DNA of 64,000 bases from IMG/VR virus record IMGVR_UViG_3300037453_000505, one strand, 5' to 3'. Below the pieces are notes generated by a model that ran no database searches, was not told where the DNA came from, and saw nothing but the letters and a program-made list of their open reading frames with translations. Position numbers and translations under genes: made by a program. Within the stretch, counting starts at the first letter, position 1. Every line of letters starts with the position of its first letter. The stretch comes from a virus. Its lineage: Duplodnaviria > Heunggongvirae > Uroviricota > Caudoviricetes. Shown piece after piece: positions 42,197 to 54,915 of this stretch.

Positions 42197-42262
42197 AAGA
42201 ATTATTAATTTCAAAATAAATATAGAGCCTACATAGAATTTTCTATATAGGCTCATCTTTTT

Positions 42263-44991
42263 TAATATGTCATATATGCAACGTTCTCATCATAGCTAGT
42301 TAATGCAGCATATTCTGCTTCAGTACCTACCCAGATTTGACTTATAGATGTAGTTGTTCAAGTTGTATTAGATGTGATAGCTCAACCTCATCATCCACCA
42401 CCTCATCATTCAGGTTGTAATTCAAGGTTACCTCATATAGCAAGGAAAACAAACTGGTCAATTCCATCTGCCGTAAGGGTTGTATCTGTTTCATAAGGGT
42501 TAGTCACATTTGTTCAAAGTGTCATTTCATATGCAGTACTTCAATTCTCAACTCTTAATATGTAAGTCTGTCAATCCTTAATTGTAGCTGGAGCATTTAC
42601 TGTAAAGTTCGCACTTGGAGTATATGTTGAAGCTAAGTCAAGAGTAATTGTTGCTCAAGTCTTTGCTTGCCATCAGAAATCACTATAAGACATATCTCAT
42701 CCTCAAGCTTGTGCTACAGCATCGTCTACATATTTCTTAGTAGCTGGACTTCAATCATATTCTGGAGTATAAGGCGAAGAATAATCTTGTCAAGTAGCTA
42801 AGAAATATCAAAGTGCTTGAGTTGATGTACTTACTGCAGAAACTGTTTTAGAACTTCAACTTCAAGTTAACGTAAATACTATACTTATATGATATATTCT
42901 ACTTCTATTACCTGTACCAGTCACATCTCAAGTAGCATAAGCTCTTAAAAATGTAGCTTTACTAGAAGATACCGAATATAATGTATATATATTATTACCA
43001 TAATCCAAAACTGGTGTTTTTCAAGCTTTATACCAATCATAAGCTGCGATAGCATTTGTTAAATCTGATGTGCTAGCTATTGAAAATACCTTAACATTAG
43101 TAGCATCAGCTTTCCCTGATATAGTTGTATCCATTGCAGATATCTTATCATATACAGCATTCTTAGAAGGAGCTTCAGTTGTTACTCAATCCCAGCTAGA
43201 ACCGTAAGCTGTATCTGAAACTTGACTTGGATAACTTATATTTACCTCTGTAATTCCTGTTACTTGACCTAAAGTGTTCGTTGTTATCTGTGGAACTTTT
43301 GTAGCAGAACCTTTTGAAGTATATGCTGTTTGTGCAGTTAAAGCATCTTGCTTTCAACCGATAGTCGTATCCATAGCATTAATCTTATCATACACAGCAT
43401 TCTTTGAAGGGGCGTGAGTTGTATCAGCATCCCATCCGCTTCAATATGCCGCATCAGATATTGCACTTGTTCATAACTTACCATTGAAAGTTTGCCAATC
43501 TGCACTACTTAAATATCAATCATTACTAGATGTAGCAGCTCAAAGTTTAGTTTGAATTGTTGTCTTAGTTTCGTCTCAAGTATTTGTGTTACTTGTGTTA
43601 GAAAGTTTTGTCCTTTCTGCAGAAGTAAGGAATAAATTAGTAGAACCTTGAGTAATAGCATCACTTGTTTGAGTAGATGTATTAAAATAATTAGTTAAAT
43701 CTACAGAAGTTTCTCATATCATTACCCAAGTATTATTTGAGTAGATATATTCTTCGTATTTATCTTGTCCACTTCAAACAGGTCAAAGCAAATATATTAT
43801 TGTTGTTTTAATATCTGTAGTAGGCAATGTAGCTACAACTTTAAATCAAGCAAAGTTTGCTACATAATCAGCTACTTCTTGTTTTGTGTATGTTTCACTT
43901 TTTGTATAATAATTTGTTAAGTCGCTTACAGCCTTAGTAATATATCCAGCATCATTAGTTAATGTAGATACATTATCTAAAGGTTGAACTGCAGAATTAG
44001 CTTTAGTTCTAATAGAACCCAAATCTGATATAGTATCTTGCTTTCAAGCTATCGTTGTATCCATAGCAGATATCTTATCATAGACAGCGTTCTTTGAAGG
44101 AGCTATACCTGTTATTCAATCCCAACTAGCGGCATAAGCATCATCTGAAACTGCTCATTGTGTAGCAGCAGATATATTATCGTCTACATATTTCTTTGTA
44201 GCAGGACTACCTGCATAAACAGGTGTATATGGAGTTGAGTAATCTGTAAGCGTGTCTAGATAACTTCCAGCTCAATTTCAACTTCCATAATTTATTCTAT
44301 TAACAGTTCAATTATTTGTTAGTATAAATATTTTATCAAGACTTAATGAACTAGCATCGCCCATTCCATTATCCAAACTCCTTAATCAAGGGAAGATGAA
44401 AGAAATTCAATTAGTAGAATATGTTCAAGAAAAAATATATAGTCATTTTCTTTCAACTGGGTCAGATGGAGTATAATATACTAATGGGTTCTTACCTGCA
44501 TCATACCAATCATAAATATCTTGTGCTGTAGTTAAATCTGATGTTCAATTTAGATAGAAAGTTTTTGTATCGCTTTCTGGGATGGTAACAGCTCAAGTGT
44601 CTCAGTTTACAGAAGTAACTCAACTATTACTAATAGTCATATTACCACTACCAAACGTTAACCCTATTCAAGTACCTGCCACTGCTTTAGCTGCAGTATT
44701 TCTTACAACTACAGACCAAGTTCAGTTAGAATTTAGTTTATAAACATAAACTTCGTCTAATTGATTAGCTGCGCTATTATGGTCGCTTCTACTTCTATAA
44801 TATTGAAATTCAACTTCAGTAGGAGTTGTGGCATCATTTACATATGCCATAAATGCTAGTCTAGTTTGACTTCACGTAGCAGGATTAGAATTAGAAGAAG
44901 CTCTACAATAAACTACTCCATTCTTATTATAAGCAGTTATGAAATCATTCCAAGTCGAACTACCATAAGAAAGAATAACCATATCATCCTG
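42263..44991 (-). CDS. Large tail-fibre protein C (about 909 aa) with three internal about 35-aa repeats of the motif SWD-x3-APSKNAVYDKI-x-AMDTTI-x-GK-x-DA.
   Basis: N-terminus MVILSYGSSTWNDFITAYNKNGVVYCRASSNSN... Repeats ...AYAASWDGITGIAPSKNAVYDKISAMDTTIAGKQD..., ...AAYGSGWDADTTHAPSKNAVYDKINAMDTTIGGKQDA..., and ...TAYGSSWDGVTTEAPSKNAVYDKISAMDTTISGKADA... The C-terminal module ...PSANFTVNAPATIKDGQTYILRVENGSTAYEMTL... is shared with gene B. The start may lie upstream at a non-ATG codon. Confidence 0.5.
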
Positions 44992-45087
44992 TTTAGCATC
45001 CAAGGCATTTTTCAAGTCTGTTTGGTCTGCTAATGTTCAAGAAATATTTCACCATTCTGCACTTGTTTGTGTATTAGAAATTACATT

Positions 45088-47453
45088 ATTAGCGTCAATA
45101 CTAATTCAAGTACCTGCTGTATAAGTTGTATCTGTAGATGAGATTATAAAATTACATCATTGTCATTGACTTACTCATCATCGAAGATTGTTGTTTGATG
45201 TGCTTGACCAATCCCAATCTGAATCTCCATAGCTCCTTGTTATGAATGTACTTGAACTATAATAATTTCAAGGTCAATAATTTGAAGCATCTACTTGCGT
45301 TGAAGAAGTTGTTATAGTTCAACTATGTGGGAATCAATAATTATTTCCCCGTTGATAGAAGTATCAACTATTAGCATCACTTACCTCATCTCAGCTATTC
45401 CATACTTGTGTCGCTCATAAGTTCTTATCTTGTATTGTATACCAAGCAACTCCGTCACCACTTATTGAAATTAATCCATCTATTGTATTATGGAATATTC
45501 AAGCACCTGCTGCTACTGAACTTCAATCATATAATGTTGTCCAACTATTATCTGGAAGAACAGGAGTGTTTTTAAAACAACGTATAGATGCTGCATTAGA
45601 ACGAGCTATACTTGTAACTCTTGCTGAACCACTACCAGCTGAAATACAGTAAGCATCATAAGAATCTGATGCTGTCGATGCCCAATAATATCAATATCAT
45701 TGACTAGAGACACTACCGTCCGTCATTCAACGCAAACCAGCAAGAGTCATTTTTAAATAGTCTCTCAAAGTTGTATGGTAAGAAGGCAAAGATAATGTAG
45801 TGAATAATATTAAAAGTAACGCATCCCACTCATCTTTAGTAGGTACGTGAAATCCACTAGGTGCGGGTCATTGTGTATCCCATCCACATCTTTCTTCAAT
45901 AGTGATATTATCTCCTGCAGTAAGTTCACCCTGCTTAGCATCTAAAGCATTCTTTAAATCTGTTTGGTCTGCTAATGTACCTATAATATTTCACCATTCT
46001 GCACTTGTCTGTGTATTTGAAATTACATTATTATTTGAAATTGATATTCCAGGTCAGGCTGTATATGTTGTATCTGTAGAGCTAATAGTCTTTCAATCTG
46101 CAGCGATTTGAATATTTGTTCAAGCTATTAATTCATCTTGTTTTCAGCTCCAAGTAGTTCTAAGCCCTGTGCTATCAGCTAAGTCTTTTATATCAAAGTC
46201 ACCTGCTACATAAGTTGTATCTGTAGCAGAGATTGTTTTTCAATCTGCCGCAATTTGAATATTTGTTCAAGCTATTAATGTATCTTGCTTTGTATTGTCG
46301 TGATAAGCATCTGTTATATATCAAGCATCATTAGTTAATTCACTAATATTATCATTAGGCTGAATAGCTGTATCAGCTAAAGTACCTTGTGTTGCTGTAG
46401 CAAATTCACTTACATCGTGAGTAACTATATCTCAATAAGTTGCTATTGTATCAGAAGCTGATTTACCCGCAGAAGCGTTACTTCTAATAGTAGATAAATC
46501 TGATATAGCATCTTGTTTTCAATTAAAGGTTGACCAATCTGTTGAAGTTAGGTAACCATCGTTAGAAGATGAAGCTGCTCAAAGTTTTGTCTTTATTGTA
46601 GCATTAGTTTCATCTCAAGTATTTGTTCAAGTTGTGTTTCATAATTTAGTTCTTTCTGCTGATGTTAGGAATAAGTTTGTTACTCATTCTGTAATGTCAT
46701 CTGCAGTTCAAGTTAGCTGACTTAAGCTATCTCAAGGTTGAATAGATGTAGCTCATAAAGCTGCGCCACTTCTAATGGTTGCTAAGTCAAAAATTGTATC
46801 TTGTTTTGTTGTTAATGCTTGTGTGATTACTCTGTTTTCTACAGGGTTAGTACTTACTGAAGACATAGCCGTATCAATAGCTATAGGTCTTTCTGTATTA
46901 ATAAGTAATAACCATTGAGTTCAATCATACGTATAAAAGTCTCAAACCTTTACAGTTTGTTGCTCAACTACAGTAGAAGCTAATCAAGCAGTATATTCGC
47001 TACCATCTGGACGATAGTTAGTTCATCATTGAGCAGCGACTACACTTACTACATAGTAATCTCAAGCACGATATTGATATGGGTTATCTACAGGATTAGT
47101 CATAGGTAATCAAGTAGTACAGTTCCAGTTAGAAAGATATCTTCATCTAGAACCTGCGTTCTGTATATATTCATACAAAACCTTTCATTGCTTTGCGGAT
47201 AGAGCATCTGTAGTAGAAGTCGAATATAAGTTATCCTCTACTCAAGGTACAGATATATCAACAGCCTTATTCTCGTCTGGAGTTAATGCTTCTCAATTAA
47301 CTTTTACAGTTTCAATTACATTAACCTGAGCTCAAGCTTCTATACTATTGATTTTCTCCATAACACTATCTTCTATGGCGAACTCCTTTTTCTCCTTCTG
47401 TATAGAGGTTTCATCTGCAAAATATTGTTGACGTGCTTTTGGCATCAATCATT
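45088..47453 (-). CDS. Large tail-fibre protein A (about 788 aa) with an N-terminal STSTTDALSAKQGK fibre motif, internal repeats and a C-terminal FISUMP lectin-like domain.
   Basis: N-terminus MPKARQQYFADETSIQKEKKEFAIEDSVMEKINSIEAGAQVNVIETVKVNGEALTPDENKAVDISVPGVEDNLYSTSTTDALSAKQGKVLYEY... The C-terminus contains ...PAPSGFHVP... and ...YTIQDKNLGATQVWNSGDEVSDANSGYFYQRGNNYGFP... An in-frame stop follows at about 45088. Confidence 0.45.
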
Positions 47454-47574
47454 TAGTTAAATATTTAAATAGTATCTATATTTAGATTATATTTTTCTTG
47501 CGTTTATCTATAACAAAATAGCCACACCTATACATTAAGTATAGATGTGACTAAAATGTATTTTAATAATAATC

Positions 47575-47920
47575 ATATATTGTACCTCAAATACTTCATT
47601 GACTTCAAGGAATCCATACTTTTAAGACATCTCACGCTGATGCTGTATATGGTCATAAAAAATATTCATCGTGATAAGTTCAAGAAGTGAAATAATAATT
47701 AAACATCTCTACATCATTTAATGATAGAGCATATCAGTGCATACTTCATACTTTTACAAATCAAAGTCATCTGAATGTATATGTAGTAGGTCAAGAAAAA
47801 TTTGTCGTATGTACAGTTCAATATTCTTTACAAGCTTTTGCGAAAGCTCACATTGAGGCTCACGAAACTGATATATTTTTTATAATGCTAGTATCTACTG
47901 AAATAGCATCACTCACTATT
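47575..47920 (-). CDS. Small Gly/Tyr-rich protein between tail-fibre genes B and A; possible fibre chaperone or assembly factor.
   Basis: MGAFAKACKEYGTVHTTNFSGPTTYTFRGLGFVKVGSMHGYALSLNDVEMFNYYFTSGTYHDEYFLGPYTASAGDVLKVWIPGSQGSIGGTIYDYY. Coordinates approximate. Confidence 0.25.
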
Positions 47921-47997
47921 CAAGTTATCTCTCACCAAAGATTATTATTATTTGAACTATCCCAACCAGATGGGCTGGTTGTTCTAATTATAAATGT

Positions 47998-50564
47998 GCT
48001 ATTATCATAATAATTTCAAGGTCAATAACTAGAAGCATCTACTTGTGTAGACGAAGTAGTTACAGTTCAAGTTCGTGGAAATCAATAGTTATTTCATCGC
48101 TGATAATATTTACCACAATTAGCTTCACTTAATGTATTTCAATTATTATATACCGTAGTAGCTCATAAGTTTTTATCGGCAATAGTTATCCAATTATTAC
48201 CATCACTAGATATAGAAATAATTCATAATGATGGGCTATGATATATTCAAGAATTTCAGCTGCCCTGATATAATACTGTCCAATTACTATTTGGACTTAT
48301 TGATATATCTTTAAATGGACGAATTGAATTTGCATCTGAACGCCTACTGAATTGAGTAGGGTTTACAATATCCCCGAATTCAATATTATAAGCAAACTCT
48401 TCACCAGCGTGTGTGGATGACCAATAATATCCAACGTGTTCTTGATTAAACTCGTGAGAATCTTCATACCAACGACTTCCTGCAAACGGTATTTTTAAAT
48501 AAGTTTTAAAATCGCTTCATCAATTAGAATTCCAAGCTCATAAACTTACTCACATATCATATAAAGTTACCCACTCATCTTTAGAGGGTATATGGAATCC
48601 ATCATCACAAGGTCATTGCATAGCTGAATAATCGTCTCATATTATTATTCACTTTCAAGCATTATAACTTGTTGCTTCTGGGTCTCCTGGTTGTAACTCT
48701 AAATTTCAGCCCACGGCTAGAAATACAAACTGGTCAATACCGTTTTCAGTTAATGTTAAATCTTCGTTATAAGGATTAGTTATATTTGTTCAGAGTGTCA
48801 TTGTATAAACTATTGCTCAATTTGTCACCCTTAATATATATCTCTGTCAATCCTTTATAGAAGATGGAGCATTGATAGTAAAATTCGCAGACGGAGTTAT
48901 TGAAGTAGATAAATCTAGAGTAACTGTAGCTCAAGATTTATTCTGGAAATTGAAATCATTATATTTCATATCTCCATCTCAAACAATTTCCCAACTATCT
49001 CAATCCCATACCTTTAATATATTATTAGTTGTATCATACCAAAGCTGTCAAGTAACTGGATTAGAAGGAGCTGTAGTTCAAGATGTTATAGCGTTTTTAA
49101 CTTTATCATCTACATATTTCTTTGTCGTAGGACTTCAGTCATAAGCTGGAGTATATGTAGGTCAATAGGCACTATAGTTTACATCTGTACTAAGGAATTT
49201 TACTAGCTTTTGATTTTCATATGTGATACTTGTAACTACATCACTAGAGTAGTTTAAATCTAATCTAGTATTATGTATTTGTGTATCTCAATCTGCACTC
49301 ATTACAGAATATCCTGTATAAGCTTCATAGAATGATAATTTATCTCAATTAAGATGTGAATCTGAAGTGAGATGAAAGTTTGTTGTCTCATCTGTTCAGA
49401 ATACAATTATAGGATTATTTCAAGCTTTCCAATAATCATACGCCGCCTGTGCCTGAGCTAAGTCTGTAGCATCAGCCTGTGAAGCAGACTTTATGTAGAA
49501 AGCTTTTACATTTGTATAAGTATCCACAGGAGTCCAACTTGTTCAATTATATATTTTTAATATATGATTAGTTGTATCGTACCACAATTGTCATTCTGTT
49601 GGATTTTGTGGAGCTGCGCTTCAAGAAGAAATAGTATCTCATATACTATCATCAACATATTGTTTATTAGCTATAACTGTAGTATCTACAGAAAATTCAC
49701 CAGAACTAAGATTTAATCAATATCAAGCTGTATATGTAGTATCTGTATCTATAATATCCCAACTTGTTCAGTTATATACTTTTAATAAATCATTAGTTGT
49801 ATCATACCAAAGCATTCATTCTGTCGCAGGAGAAGGGGCTGTAGGTCAAACATATTTACTTCATTCTATTGCGTCATTAATAGCTGAAGCAACTTCTCCT
49901 GCAGTTTGATACCCTATGTTATTTGTTAATTCTGTGATATTATCTCAAGGTTGAATAGATGTAGCTCATAAAGCTGCACCTGCCCTAATAGTAGATAAAT
50001 CAAGAATATTATCTTGTTTTGTAGTAAGAGCTAAATAAACAGCTCTATTCTCTACGGCGTTCCTAGATGTAGGAGATAATCCATCGTCTATAATTATTTC
50101 TTTTACTTTATTAACCTGTAGTAACCATTGATTTCAATCATAGATATAGAAATCATTTACATTAACTTCCTCTGTCTCAACAGTCTGACTTGCTACTCAA
50201 GGAGTGTATACACTTCAATGAGGGCGATAATTTAACTGTCAAGTAGGTGCAACTGTAGCAACTATATAATAGTCTCAAGTTGCATATGTATGAGGAGAGT
50301 CTACTGGGTCTGTTACTGGCAATCAAGTAGTACAATCCCAAGAAGATAAATATTTATTTAATCAAGTTATTGCATTTATCTGGTCTTGTAATGCCTTACC
50401 CATATTAGCAGATAAGGCATCAGTTGTAGACGTTGAATTAATGTTGTCAATAACCCCAGGAATATTGTTAATTTTTTCTTCAATTTCCTGGGTTAATTTA
50501 TTGACACGCTTTTCCTTATCTGTATACACTCAATCTCAATTATATATTAATCTTGCGTCTGCCA
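47998..50564 (-). CDS. Large tail-fibre protein B (about 855 aa); paralogue of A (N-terminus) and C (C-terminal module), ending in a FISUMP-like region.
   Basis: N-terminus MADARLIYNWDWVYTDKEKRVNKLTQEIEEKINNIPGVIDNINSTSTTDALSANMGKALQDQINAIT... The internal ...PSANFTINAPSSIKDGQIYILRVTNGAIVYTMTL... matches gene C. The FISUMP C-half (PDGFH..., GYW...) and module lie at about 48005..48640. The stop, TTA on the + strand, is at 47998..48000. Confidence 0.45.
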
Positions 50565-50593
50565 TATTGTGTATTTAGATTAAGGAATAAAAA

Positions 50594-52241
50594 TTAAGGC
50601 TGTGGCTCTGGCTCTGGTTCAGAAGCGACAGGTCTAATTACTATATATTTATAACTTCAAGTTTCTGTCTGATTAGAAATAACTGTAATCTGTCAAAGTC
50701 AAATAACTTCTCTAGTATCTCATTCGATATCCTGATAGTTAGTGATAAGCACAGCAGAATCAGCTGTAATATCAGCATCTACTACAGTAGAAGTATCTGA
50801 ATTGGCAAAGTTACCTACTCCAACTTTAACCCAAGCGGAAGTAAATAAGTTAGGCAAATAACTTGAATCAATCTTTCCATTTGCATCCAATGGAGCAACT
50901 CCATTAGGCTGTCCTTTTTCAGATTGTAATACAAAGTCAGGAGCTTCAGCTCATTGAGAAAGATATAATCCTTCAGAAATTCTAGCCTCATCAGCAATTA
51001 TTTCATCTGTTCTAACTGTATCGCCTTCAATCTGTCCTGTAATTGTCATTCAATTACCACCATTGATAGCTCAAGTAACTCTTAAAGTTCCATCGATATC
51101 AACACTTCAATCAGTTTCTACATCTTTAAGATGTGTACTTCCATTTACATATAAATCATCTGTAATAGTAGTATCTCCACTAACATTTAAATTTTTAGCA
51201 ATAGATACGTCATCAGAGAAAATAGCATCTCCTGTAACAGTTTGATTTCCTGTAACAGTTGAATTACCTGCTACAGATAAATTTCCTCCAACAGAAGTAT
51301 TTCCACTCAAAGTAGAAGCCCCTGCTACAGTTAAAGTATTATTTAAAGTTGTAGCTCCTGTTACTCAAAGAGTTCCAGCAACAGTTTCATTTCAAGCAAC
51401 TGTAACATTATTAAGATTAGCAGCTCCCGTAGAAGTAATGTCATTTAAAGTTACTAATCCTGTGAAAGATGAAGTTCATCCTATAGTAGCATCTCAAGTA
51501 ACTGCTAAGTCTCATCCAACTGTAGCAAGTCAAGAAGTTTCTAAAGTATCTGAAGCAATTCATCCTGTAACTGTTAATCCATCTCCTACTGTAGCAGCAC
51601 CAGATACATCTAATGTAGCTGAGTCTATATCTGTAGAAGTTAAAGAAGTAATATTTCAAGAGTTAGCAGTTATTGAAGCTGCAGAAGCATCTCAAGTAAC
51701 AAATAAATCTGCCCCTGTTGTCACGTTTCAAGTTAGAGTTGAAGTTCAGCTAACTGATAGAGCTCCAGCTGAAACTGAATTAGAAGTTACTGTACCTAAC
51801 GAAGCATCGTTAGAAGTTATTGTATCAGAAACTATTGAGTTAGAAGTTATGTTAGTTATGTTTCAAGTTGAAGCATTTATTGTATCTAATGTAGCAGAAA
51901 CTCAAGTGAATGTTCAATCTGCAGTTATATTTCCTATAAATTCAACATCACCATTAATTGTCTGTAAAGTCACATTAGATAAGTCTAAATTCATATCTTC
52001 AATAACACTTTCTAATGCAGTACTATCAAGAGAAATTCTATAAATATTTTCTCATTCAATAGCTACTGAAATAGGAGAACTCCCTGTAATCTCAAAATTT
52101 CTTACATCACATTCGTTGTATCTCTTTCCTGTAGGAATTCTATATACAGCTTGTGTTGTAGTTGAACCAGTGGTTGTATTGGCTACCCTTCCAGTTCAAA
52201 GTCTTTGTCCACCGTTTTGTGGTTTTCTTTGTCTAGGCATT
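50594..52241 (-). CDS. Tail-fibre protein with beta-helical Gly/Thr/Ser/Asn repeats and a conserved LD-x-NGKI-x3-LP fibre motif.
   Basis: MPRQRKPQNGGQRLGTGRVANTT... Repeat arrays ...SGNTSVGGNLSVAGNSTVTGNQTVTGDAIFSDDVSIAKNLNVSGDTTITDDLYVNGSTHL... (ORF-track 51107..51310 is a fragment). ...GVAPLDANGKIDSSYLPNLF... matches the widespread tail-fibre P-x-LD-x-x-GK-(I/L)-P-x-x-x-LP motif. It ends ...SEPEPEPQP. The + ORF 51438..52043 is its antisense shadow. Confidence 0.7.
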
Positions 52242-52558
52242 GTTTTGTGAATTTAATAAATTAAATTGTTCAGCCATCCAGATTATTAAGTTAGCGAATT
52301 CTTCTTTTGGAAGTCATTCTAACATAGGCTGGATGTCGATTTTAAGCTCTTCGATATCGTAAGCTGGCATTTCTTGAGGAAGCTCACCCTCTGTGTCAAC
52401 AGCTTCTTCCACAGCTAACTCTCATCCTGGAGCAAACATTGCTTCATCTTCTGGAGTTAGTCAAGCTGTTTCATCATACATAGGGGCCTGTTGTGCCTCA
52501 GGTGACACATCAATACCTAGAGCAGCCATCTGTTGTTGTATGGCATCTAATTCGTTCA
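52235..52558 (-). CDS. Small acidic protein directly upstream of, and overlapping, the tail-fibre gene; possible fibre assembly or chaperone protein.
   Basis: MNELDAIQQQMAALGIDVSPEAQQAPMYDETAGLTPEDEAMFAPGGELAVEEAVDTEGELPQEMPAYDIEELKIDIQPMLEGLPKEEFANLIIWMAEQFNLLNSQNNA. Its TAG stop overlaps the tail-fibre ATG (AATGCCTAG). Confidence 0.4.
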
Positions 52559-52559
52559 T

Positions 52560-54915
52560 CTATGTATTAAACATAATATAAATAAACCAGATTAACCAAT
52601 AAGAATTATTCACAGTTTGTATTAGGCTGTAATTGATATTCTCAATCTGGTCAAGTTGTAAATAAAGGAGCAATAAACATTTCAGCCAATCGTCAACCGA
52701 AACAAATTATATCTCCCTTTCATCAAATCAATTCTAATTTTATTTGTGTACAATAGTCTTGATTTTCTCATAAATCTGTAACTAAAGGCATAGTCGAAGC
52801 TAATTCATATATCTTATCATTAATACATACTCAGTGACTTTCAGTTATTAATTCATCATAATCTTCACACCAAGGTGAGTTCTGAGCTATGTACTGTCTC
52901 ATTACATCTTCTTCTGGACAGTTAGGTTGATATTGAATTTGACTATCCTGTAATACAGATAACATACATTCTATTTTTTCCTCTTCTTCTCTAGTTAGTC
53001 ATTCATTGAGATAATAACTTGTCATAAGTCATAACCAAGTATTTCAATCTCAGCTAACAGGAAATTCGTATGTATATCCTATTCATTTAGAATAGTTTGT
53101 TATTTTTATTTTCGTACCATTTGAATATACTCCTGGTCAAAGAGTTGTTATTAGTCTATTAAGTTTTGCTAAGTTATATAGTTTAGGTCTATTAGCTAAG
53201 GCACTATTTACTCATTCCCAATTACTTTCATTCTCTATTAGATATGCTGATATACGTGCATTATATTCGCTATCTCAGCAATCCATAACAGCATCATCCC
53301 TTATATAGATTCAATCTTCTCAAAAGTATACTCATTCAGTAGCTCATTTTATCAAATGTCAATTTACGTGGTCTTCACTCCATACTTTAAATAAAGTATC
53401 GAATTTGTATATGTGAGTAGAGGTAGGGTCAAAATCTCTTATGTCTGCACGATTATGTCGTTCTTCATATGGAAGATAACTTACATTACAAAATACCCTA
53501 AGATTATTGTTATCATTTCAGATAAATACTTCGTCTCAAGGACGTAAAGCAGAGAGTTTTCAGTTAAGTCAACTTTGAGCTCAAACATCATCAAATGTAA
53601 GTCAATATCTTCAAGCAGACTGTACAGTTAAGGTTAATAATCTTTTGTCATTACTTACCAATACTAAGTCTCAATCATATTCAGTGAAGGAATATCTACT
53701 CCAAAGTCATATACTAGCTGATTGATTATACATAGTCCAGAATCTATTTTGTTCATCTGGCACTCATAAAGATATATGTTTTCTTCAAAAAGCTAATACC
53801 ATATCTCTATATGCTGTAATGGATATTTTATCTACTCAGGCGAACATATCATCATTAATAAAGAATTTATTATATCATCAAGTGTCTTTATTATAATGAA
53901 TATACCCATTTTGAGTAAGGATAAATATCTTATTATTAGCATCAGCCACTCAAATTATTTTTCATTTCGAACTACCTGATAATCATCAACTATCTTGATT
54001 ATATACAGCCATATGTCTACAATCTCAAGGAGCATACATTATTTCTATGTCCTTGTTATTTGTAAATCAAATTACCTCTCACCAATTATCAAATATAGCA
54101 TATGACACTCAATATCAAGTAACTTCTTTACCTTCTTCTGGGACCTTAAATCAAAGCCAAGGGCTATCTACAGTTATTCTTCCTTTACTATCTACTCAAG
54201 TAATCATTCTAACTTGTCAAGAGAATCAATCTCCGTCCAAGTTCCTGCTATGATAAACTAATAAATAGTTTCAAGGAGATACAGCTCAACTTGTTTTAAA
54301 TTGAGCATATCAGTTTTCTACATTTTCATCAGAAAATAATCATAACGTAGTTCAGAGATTATATTCATTGATTTGAATTCAGGTTCCTAATCAAGTAACT
54401 TCTTCTGCAGTAGTTCAAGATATTTTTTCTAATACCTGGTCTGAGCTTGTTATTCTTTCATCTTTCATATACCTTGTTCAGGTAACATAATCTGTAACAA
54501 AAAGCTTCCAATCTCAACAGTCCTTACTTTGAACCATATCATCCTGTGTACATCTGAAGAATCTTCATACACATCAACTACTGATAGGAGCGGCGAAGAT
54601 TGCTTTTATTTTGTCTTTTTTTCACATAGCGTAAACGTTTCACATTACATTTTTACAATCTTCATCCCAGAGGATTTTTATATCAGTTACTTCGAATCAA
54701 GAAGTTTCTTCTCAAGTAGCCCATCTTTGACTAATAGAATAAGCTAATCTTGTTTTTAAAAAGAATGAGGAATTTCTATGGTTTGTAGCATATGGCACGT
54801 GGCACACATCTACATTAATAAAATCATAATATAGATTATTCACAGCACCAGCAAGCACCCCATTCCAATACCAATCTGTTTTATCTTGTTGCATCATTTT
54901 ACTTGTTGGCGGCAT
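52560..54915 (-). CDS. One or more large structural (tail) protein genes. The N-terminus, MPPTSKMMQQDKTDWYWNGVLAGAVNN..., is at about 54915; downstream boundaries were not resolved.
   Basis: ORF-track 54712..54915 continues through many TGA=Gly codons (..SISQRWATGEETSGFEVTDIKILWDEDCKNVMGNVYAMGKK..). I could not place the internal stop by hand. Confidence 0.3.

Noticed and set aside
42181-42262. Inverted repeats just upstream of the discoidin-like gene (tatagagcct...aggctc), as a possible invertible promoter switch.
   Set aside because: The stems are short (5 to 6 bp). They are better explained as the terminator of the upstream tail-fibre gene C. No recombinase is encoded nearby.
51438-52043. 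201-aa + strand ORF in the six-frame track (MSFKVTNPVKDEVHPIVASQVTAK...).
   Set aside because: It lies exactly antisense to the beta-helical repeat region of the minus-strand tail-fibre gene (50594..52241). It is low-complexity, V/E/S/T-rich and stop-poor. Its apparent continuity follows from the G/T/S/N repeat codons on the opposite strand.
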